The notes under the pieces: model-generated
Databases searched by the model: none
Told to the model about the DNA's origin: nothing
Seen by the model: only the letters and a program-made list of their open reading frames with translations
Shown here: positions 20,640 to 27,748 of the stretch, piece by piece
How the letters are laid out: every line of letters begins with the position of its first letter
How positions within the stretch are numbered: the stretch's first letter is position 1
NCBI GenBank assembly: GCA_024626585.2
Contig: JANKJI020000002.1
Span: 82,772,912 to 82,800,659, forward strand
Source: Ginkgo biloba
Taxonomy: Eukaryota > Plantae > Ginkgophyta
Length of the DNA stretch: 27,748 nucleotides
Reading direction: 5' to 3'
Translations under genes and position numbers: made by a program

Positions 20640-22240
20640 TTACTTCTATTAAATATGATTTTAGCATATTTCATTCAATGCTAATTATGCTATCCATGAG
20701 CTAGTTATTTATATGATCTCACAATGACACATCTGTTATTTATGAAAAATACAAAGATTATTATTCTCATTGATTATAAAGGCTCCATGTCCCTATAAAT
20801 ATTCTTGCATCCTAGAAAAGGTTTTTTATCATTTTATGTACGCACAAACCTCCATTTCCATAAAAAAAAGATATTATCCATACACATTGATGGTGTTTAG
20901 TCTCCAAATAAGCTCCTAATGCTTACCATTAATTATGTTTAAATCCTATCCATATTTGGGCTACTTAGGTAGTTAGTCTCCATGACACTCACCATCAATG
21001 CACCTAATATCTATAATCATAGATAATTTTGGGAAGATCTTAGGACTACTATATTTAACTTTTCATGTAGTATGGTATGGTATTTACCCACTACCCATTA
21101 ACCTCCCTACTAAAATCAACATACAAAAATATCTTCTCTTATGATTATGGTAGATCCATATCCTCATACCAAGTCTAGCATGTTAGGGTAGAATCACAAA
21201 CGAAATGCATAGATTCCTTATAATCCATTGAATCTTAGGTTATTTGCATTGTCAATGTCCTACCCCGTTCTTTACTCAATCTAATTTTATTGGAGGCAAT
21301 GATGATGCTAGTTAATCCAAAACCTAGTTTTGGGTCACTATTGCATTTAGTGTCAACATTATGTACAATTGTATGCCCAAGGACTTAGTTCATATATAAC
21401 TTGAGAAAGAAATTAGGTATCTATTATATATTTTTCTTCATTCAATTATTGAGTCCTACTATTATTTTATCCATGATAATGAGCTCTTCATAAAATTATT
21501 ACCGATGAATCCTAAACTCAATGATTGGATCATGCATTAGTGCAAGGTTTATTTTAAGTGAGTATGATATCATATGTTTTTTCATATTGTAACCAACAAT
21601 CTATCCTGCACACAAGATTCATCAATAGTAATTATTGGTCAGTAATTCATCAATGAGTATACACCTATGTACGCATTACCTATTGATTGAAATCCTACAA
21701 GTTAGTGTCATATCTAATACCATGGATTAGTAGAACCTATTTAATGTATAAGAATTGATGATTATTCTTGATTCCCATAATTTTTGGGCCATTAAGCAAA
21801 TATAAACTCCATAGAAACTATAATCACATGTTAAACCTGTCGAAGGGACCTCATATATTATCCATTAAGTCTATCCCTAATCAATATGTAAACATAAAGT
21901 GGGACACGATATGTACCTATCAAGAAAAGTTAGAGAGTGAGGCATTGAACACAAGCACTCATAAGTAGTATATTAAAGTACAGGTAATTAAGTCCATTAG
22001 GTCACACTCTCAAACTCAAGACAAAGAAGAATGGGATGCTTTAACTTCAAAGGAAGTCAATAAGAAAGATGAATAAAAATCTAATCCTATCACAGATAAA
22101 CATACTAAAAATCATCCTTCTAATCTAGCTATGGATATCATGAATATATATAAAAAAAGAAATATTTAGAGGAAGGATATCATCTTGGTAATATCATATT
22201 AAAATGGAAGGGTTTGGAAGGTGCCTAGGTAAAATGAAAG
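20640..22240 (+). pseudogene. Highly decayed gypsy integrase core, GPF motif and chromodomain-like tail
   Basis: Ordered fragments: IKYDF (ISMDF), TKIIILIDYKGSM (SKMAILIPCKKTI), DIIHTH..LVSK (EIVRLH..IVSD), STYKNIF..YG (STGKSPF..YG), KIHQ*, FGPLSKYKLHRNYNHMLNLSKGPHILSI (YGPF..IGDNAYRLDLP...IHSV), ILKWKG. Each match is weak; the support is their colinearity. Confidence 0.45.
21181..21598. mobile_element. Possible solo-LTR-like insertion (418 bp)
   Basis: TGTTAGGG...AACCAACA ends, TATA-like CATATATAAC near 21391, and it sits between two consecutive integrase fragments. No matching TSD (TAGCA versus ATCTA). Confidence 0.3.
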
Positions 22241-23317
22241 AGGTCTAACTCTACCAGTATGGACAAATAAATAGTAAACATAATGCATTATTAAAGGTTT
22301 AACCAAAAGATGCTACATAGGGTGGTGATAGAGATAGTGGCAAAAAAATGTTAGAGAAAAAGAAAAAACTCCNNNNNNNNNNNNNNNNNNNNNNNNNNNN
22401 NNNNNNNNNNNNNNNNNNNNNNNNNNNNNNNNNNNNNNNNNNGAAGAAATGGAGATATTCCTAAGTACTCTATAGTCCAAACACTAAGAATAACAAGTCT
22501 AGTAAGATCCATAAGAAATAGAAACAAAAATAGGGGGATTTTCAAATGAATCTACCCCCCCAAAAAAATACATAAGACACTAATAAATTGGCCCAACAAA
22601 CTCCTCCAAAGGATAAAAAAGAAAAAATTAGATCTCAAGGAAGAGGACTTAATATAAATATAATAACAATTAATGTTAATTTAATATAAATGATACATTA
22701 AAGTGTTAAATACTTAAACAATAGTGTCTTGCACCTAATTATATTAAAATATGGATGAATATAAGAAAAAAGGTATATGATTTAAAGGGATTATTAAATT
22801 GGTATCATACCNNNNNNNNNNNNNNNNNNNNNNNNNNNNNNNNNNNNNNNNNNNNNNNNNNNNNNNNNNNNNNNNNNNNNNNNNNNNNNNNNNNNNNNNN
22901 NNNNNNNNNNNAAAATAAATAATTTGAGGGACTTCAATTTGTGACTGTGCTCTAACTACGATTGTAATTATGGTTTCCTTACATCATAATAATGATGATA
23001 TAAAGCTAAGCAAGTGAATGATATAAAAAGGGGGGACATTTAATGTTTAGGGAAAGGGGGACAAACAATGGAAAGGGTAGGAATAATGATAATAAGGGTG
23101 GACACAAGTGATAGTTAGATGAGGAGGAAGACGAATGATAGTAGCAAATGGGCAGATGATAGTAGTGGATTGACAAATAGATGGTAGAACAATAGTAACG
23201 GTGAGGTAAAAAAGTGAGGGATGGGAGGATAAGATTTGGAGGGTAGCAATGGGTGAAGGAAAAAGTGTAGTGATAGAAGATGAAAAAAATGAATAGTGAG
23301 GTACTATGGAATATGAA

Positions 23318-23329
23318 GCTTTGATACCA
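23318..23329 (-). promoter_or_regulatory. tRNA-iMet primer-binding site (minus strand)
   Basis: Plus-strand GCTTTGATACCA reads TGGTATCAAAGC on the minus strand, 11/12 to TGGTATCAGAGC. Confidence 0.75.
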
Positions 23330-23331
23330 CT

Positions 23332-23597
23332 TATAAGGGTCTAAATGGATCCTTACTTAAAAATGATAAGCATAATAAGATGCAAATGAGAACTTGGGTT
23401 CTACCTACCTTTATGTTGATCAAATAATATTTATCAATAATGAGAGAATAATTAATAATAACTATACTTGATGATTATGAGAAAAAGCTTCATGCTTTAT
23501 ATAATTGATAGGTGTCTTTTGGGATCTCGACGACACCCTTTTGTTAATAGTATAATTACCTCTTTAACCTTAATTATAGTTGGTTAGGGACATAACA
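23332..23597 (-). mobile_element. 5' LTR (~266 bp) of a minus-strand LTR retrotransposon; leader continues toward ~23000
   Basis: The minus strand starts TGTTATGTCCC (23597), contains TATATAAAGC, and ends GACCCTTATA (CA mutated to TA) 2 nt before the PBS. A pyrimidine-rich leader follows. No partner LTR found in the window. Confidence 0.62.
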
Positions 23598-24452
23598 CCT
23601 TTAGCAATTCTTCTTTTACTTTGTGTTATGACATTTACTATAAATTTGTATCTATTATATAAACTTATAACTTTGTACTTGAGGTCAGCTTAGAATAAAC
23701 TTTGGACATTCAAGTACTAGAGAACTTCAAGCACTTGATACCCAAATTCCCACTAATGAGGTATTTAGAAATTAAGATAGGAGAATACCAATATAGTTCT
23801 TAAATTAACTATTAATAACCTTCACTACAAATGGTAAAGAGAGGTTTCCATTAATTGCTATGACAAAATTGCACTTTACTATACGAGAAAGGGAGGAAAT
23901 TTTCAAAGGAATCTTAAAAGATAAATATAAAATTAAAAAAAAAAGAAAAAAGAGAAAATTTATTCTCACATAAAGATGCTTATATTCCCTTATAAGGAAG
24001 AATAATTTATCTTGGTTTACCTAGTCCAATTTTTGGTACGAAATTGATATTATCTTAAGAAGGATAGATAAAGTCATGATCTCAAATGATGAACTATTTA
24101 AGATCCACCATAAAGAGTGGATAGTTATTAAAAAAATTAGTCGTGCACCCTTTCTAGCCATTCTCCTATTACTTCCAAGTATCATGGATAGAAATAGAAT
24201 GGTAGAGAGATCCTCTTATTATTAAATATTTATGTCTCATTAAAAGATCTTCTTCCTTGTCCCCTAGTCCCTATGAAATTCTAGTTGGATTAACTAGATC
24301 CAAGCCATTATAAGAACCACATATTTCCATAAAGGAGTATAGGAAGTGAATATCCTCCATTAGAGGGAAAGATAGTACAAAAGTGGCCAAAGAGATAGAG
24401 GAGGTCTAATATAAAATAAAATTTGACTCCTTTAATAAGACTTCAATCTATA

Positions 24453-25187
24453 GATACCAATTGCTATTGAGATTAATGAAGTTAAAAAATCCAAAAGGGA
24501 TCAAATTAGGNNNNNNNNNNNNNNNNNNNNNNNNNNNNNNNNNNNNNNNNNNNNNNNNNNNNNNNNNNNNNNNNNNNNNNNNNNNNNNNNNNNNNNNNNN
24601 NNNNNNNNNNGACCCAACTGAGAGACTACTAAATAATATAGGGAAAATAAAAAATTCATGGATAAAGAATGTATATATGCCACAATAAAGAATGGTATCT
24701 AATTAAAATACACTTGGAAAGAATAAGATAATCATGATAATTTAGTTTCATGAAGATAACATATTGCCAGAAATAGTCCATAAACTATAGACTAAAAGGC
24801 AATAATAAGAAATGAGAATCAAGGGTGTGGGGCATATTCCACCACAAATAACCACAAATTTAATAATACCTTCTATTTAGAAAGAATAAAATCTTATAAA
24901 AGAAGAAGAAAAAAATGAAATGTGATGAATGAATGATGAAAAGGGAGTGAAATAAGGCCCTTTTATACTTAAAAATAATGTGCCTTGGTTGAAGAGCCAT
25001 ATCACTCCATTTAAAAGGCATCTTTGGGTCCTTAAGGAACCTCTTAACTAACTAAACTTGGGCACTTGTTTATATGCCCTTATTCAATGTTATTTTAGAC
25101 TAATTTTAGGCCTTTTTAAGCCCTTATCTTTAGGATTTCACTTCCTAGGCCTTTATTTAGGCCTAGTTTGTGTTTAGGAGCACAACA
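24453..25187 (-). mobile_element. Probable minus-strand LTR with degenerate PBS, abutting the LINE relic
   Basis: The minus strand starts TGTTGTGCTCC at 25187, exactly where LINE homology stops. TATA-like AGTATAAAAG near 24960-24969. Putative end ...TAGCA at 24462 is followed by AT-TGGTATC (24453-24459). Contains a 100-N gap. Confidence 0.45.
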
Positions 25188-26405
25188 AACTCTTATTGGA
25201 TATCAATCTTCCATGAGTGACATGTGGTAGCATGTAGTTAATAGGGTGGATAAGAATATCTTTAAGTTGACCTCCATACCCTCAAGCCTTCTTATAAGGT
25301 ACCAAATAACGACTAAGATCTTAGTTGTCATCATGTGTATTGCTCTTCCTACTATCCTCCTTCCCATAATGCTTGTAAAAATTTAACTTATCTAATCAAG
25401 TCCTTTAGTAAGGGGATTATAGAGGGTAAGAAAAACCTATATAATATAAAATGGGATATTTGTTGCAATCTTAATGCTAAAAGGCGGTGTATGTATTATT
25501 GATTTATAAAGGCAAGGCATAATCATATGTGTTTAATTCATTATTAGATCCCTTTATAGGTATATGTGTAGAAGCTACTCATGTAGTAGGATATTATTAG
25601 GGGATGCCTTTATATGAGCAGTCTTGGAAGGGATTACCATTACACACTTTGATTTTGACCCTTGCCAAGGTTTATATTATTGGCTTTATTGTCTTAAAAA
25701 GTATTTGGCAAGCTTAAGAGACCTATAAATACTTTCTTAATTAGAGAGGCATAGAACTTAAAAGTGGGCTCTTAGTGGTAAGTCAAACCATTTGGTTGTC
25801 CCCTCTTATAATGGATGATAATAAGTGTATTATAGGGGCTAAGAGATTTGATGACATTAAATTTTTTTAGAAAGGGCATCATAACCTTAATTGATATCTA
25901 TGACTTTGGAACCAACCAACACAAAAACTAGGACCTCATCAAGGAAGAATTTAAGCTCTACAAATAGGGTAAATTTATCTTAGACAAAATTATATCCATG
26001 ATTTCAAATTATTTTGAGCTCAATATGATATTAAATACTCTTAAGCATACATAAAGAGACTGGGCTTCAAAATTTATAAATCCATATTTAAATCTTCCAC
26101 CTCATATTTGTACTGCTTGATTAAGCCTAACATTCCTTTTTTTGATAGGCCCAATTAAAAATAAAGTTATGTATGCTTCAAGTATATTTATAACCAAAGG
26201 TTTGAGAGGTTGTGGAAATCCCCCCCTGGAGCCCAAAAGAGCCTTCTTTGCTTGGTTTGGGATGCACCAAGGACTTGCTACCAAAGATAGGCTGAGGAAG
26301 ATGAGTACTTCTGATAATAATCAATCCTCATGTAGGGAATTTGAGACCACTCTCTATATTTTTGGGTTGTGTAATTGCGATAAAATTCTACTGAAATGGG
26401 TATAA
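25188..26405 (+). mobile_element. L1-type LINE ORF2 C-terminal relic including zf-RVT
   Basis: DMW*HVVNRVDKNI...IRYQITTKIL / HVYCSS..PS....LIKSF..GKKNLYNIKWDICC / GGVCIIDL*RQG / LKSIWQA*E / PKRAFFAWFGMHQGLATKDRLRKM......CREFETTLYIFGLC. This is the typical plant L1 post-RT and zf-RVT motif series, with stops and frameshifts. Confidence 0.85.
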
Positions 26406-26599
26406 AATTTATTTCTCTCATTTTAAGCCATCCATCCAACTAGGTTTCCATTATCTTAGATGACCTCAACCCTTAGTTTACTTATTTTCATCAAGCTTAN
26501 NNNNNNNNNNNNNNNNNNNNNNNNNNNNNNNNNNNNNNNNNNNNNNNNNNNNNNNNNNNNNNNNNNNNNNNNNNNNNNNNNNNNNNNNNNNNNNNNNNN

Positions 26600-26756
26600 G
26601 TCTAACTTTTGAGTCTGCCATGCATTTGTATTTTGTATGGGCATTGGTCATTAATTAACATAAGTTAATTTTCTTATGTATATAAACTCTGATAAGTATC
26701 TATTTTACGGGTCTTAACTTCATTGTCATGGAAGTTTGGAAGGTGGGATTGTTACA
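26600..26756. mobile_element. Possible LTR terminus next to an assembly gap
   Basis: Ends GGTGGGATTGTTACA (reverse complement TGTAACAATCCCACC), a typical LTR-end motif. The other end is lost in the 100-N gap. Confidence 0.35.
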
Positions 26757-27405
26757 ACGATCCTCATCAAGCATTTAGAATGGTGTCTTGTGTACTAGGA
26801 TGTTGGAATGCTTTAATGTCATTGTACCTCCTCTTTAGGTCAACCTTCTTAGCTTTTCCTACTTAAAGGAGAACCTTCAGGTCTCCATGTCTCCTCAGAG
26901 GTTAACCCTTCGGACCAATTCATTGTCAACCTCTTTGCTTAGTCTCCTTTGTTGAGTTAAGTTGTCTTCCAGATCACTTTGCTTACCTTATTATCTCTTC
27001 ATATTATCTATGTAAGAGATAGGGCTTTGCCCTTCTTGTAGCCTTATACTTCCTTTTGTCTTCGATTTCATAAAGGAACCATTCTTCAACGCTATGCCTT
27101 ATGACTAGTGTCCATGCTATTACTTGACTACTTTCTTGTGCCACGAGGAACTCAATATCATCTTTTCCACATGAGAATTCTTCACCTCCATTTGGAGTAG
27201 TCTTTAGCCTTCTCTTGATTGCTATGTAGTTTTCCCTTAATGGATTTTACCTTCATGGAATGTTGTAACAACAATTCATTAATGAATCTTTCTCTTTTTA
27301 GCTTCAATCTTCAATAAATTATATGCACCAAGATTGTGCCATCTTGGCACGGATGGCCAGTCAAGGCAATATGCCACAACTTTAGTGTCTCTTGGAATGT
27401 GGGGG

Positions 27406-27550
27406 GCCAATTCACACCTCCAAGGCCATAAAATCATGTTTGAAACAAAATGTTCAACAAAATGAGTTTGCAATTGAGCCAATTCACACCTCTAAGCCCA
27501 TATAACCATGTTTGAAACAAAATTGTTCAACAAAATGAGTTAGCAACTAA
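27406..27550. repeat. Tandem duplication, two copies of 72-73 bp
   Basis: GCCAATTCACACCTC...CATGTTTGAAACAAAA(T)TGTTCAACAAAATGAGTT at 27406 and 27478, about 8 differences. Confidence 0.92.
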
Positions 27551-27748
27551 GAATTTACCTTCATCAAACTATTTTCTCGTTTTATTATTGGAATTGGCTT
27601 CATTCTTGCATAGTTCAAGTGTATTGGCATTTTGTCTCACTATTGGAGACCACTAATATCATCTGTTATATATTGGATTGCATTTCCAATTGTAATTTAA
27701 TGAGAAATATCCAACAAGATTGTTTTGCTCCTTTATTTTAAGTGTACA

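Larger units (their letters stand above)
1089..26599. other. 15 assembly gaps (N runs) scattered through the window
   Basis: 100-N gaps start at 1089, 4533, 9528, 10744, 12740, 18260, 20144, 22812, 24511 and 26500. Other gaps: 4960-5018, 10476-10495, 13897-14659, 15798-16023, 22373-22442. Confidence 0.97.

Noticed and set aside
20640-20930. Copia RNase H-like reading (SVIYE, FYHF, MLT)
   Set aside because: A gypsy integrase reading gives a longer ordered motif series that continues to 22240.

Overview
AT-rich eukaryotic intergenic or intronic DNA from a fragmented assembly (15 N-gaps, ten of them exactly 100 N). The retroelement families and the strong CG/CHG depletion suggest a large plant genome, most likely a gymnosperm (inference). 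I found no intact protein-coding gene, RNA gene or CRISPR array; most ORFs in the track are N-gap artefacts or fragments of decayed retroelements. The window is a nest of old retrotransposon relics: (1) a Ty3/gypsy gag relic (1751-2043); (2) a gag-only LTR element with paired LTR 3' halves, a tRNA-iMet PBS and a 71-72 bp tandem array (~4633-8033); (3) a candidate solo LTR with target-site duplication (11991-12301); (4) a decayed non-chromovirus (Athila/Tat-type) PR-RT-RH-INT pol (17186-20143), interrupted by a younger insertion; (5) a second, chromovirus-like integrase relic (~20640-22240); (6) two minus-strand LTR+PBS ends (23318-23597, 24453-25187); (7) the 3' part of an L1-type LINE ORF2 (25188-26405). 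The structures most worth following up are the gag-only element, whose LTR-terminal motif appears tandemly amplified, and a nested foldback (a palindrome inside an inverted repeat) at 16503-16695. I cannot support a claim of a new biological system from this sequence. All alignments and counts were made by eye, with family consensus motifs recalled from memory rather than from a search.
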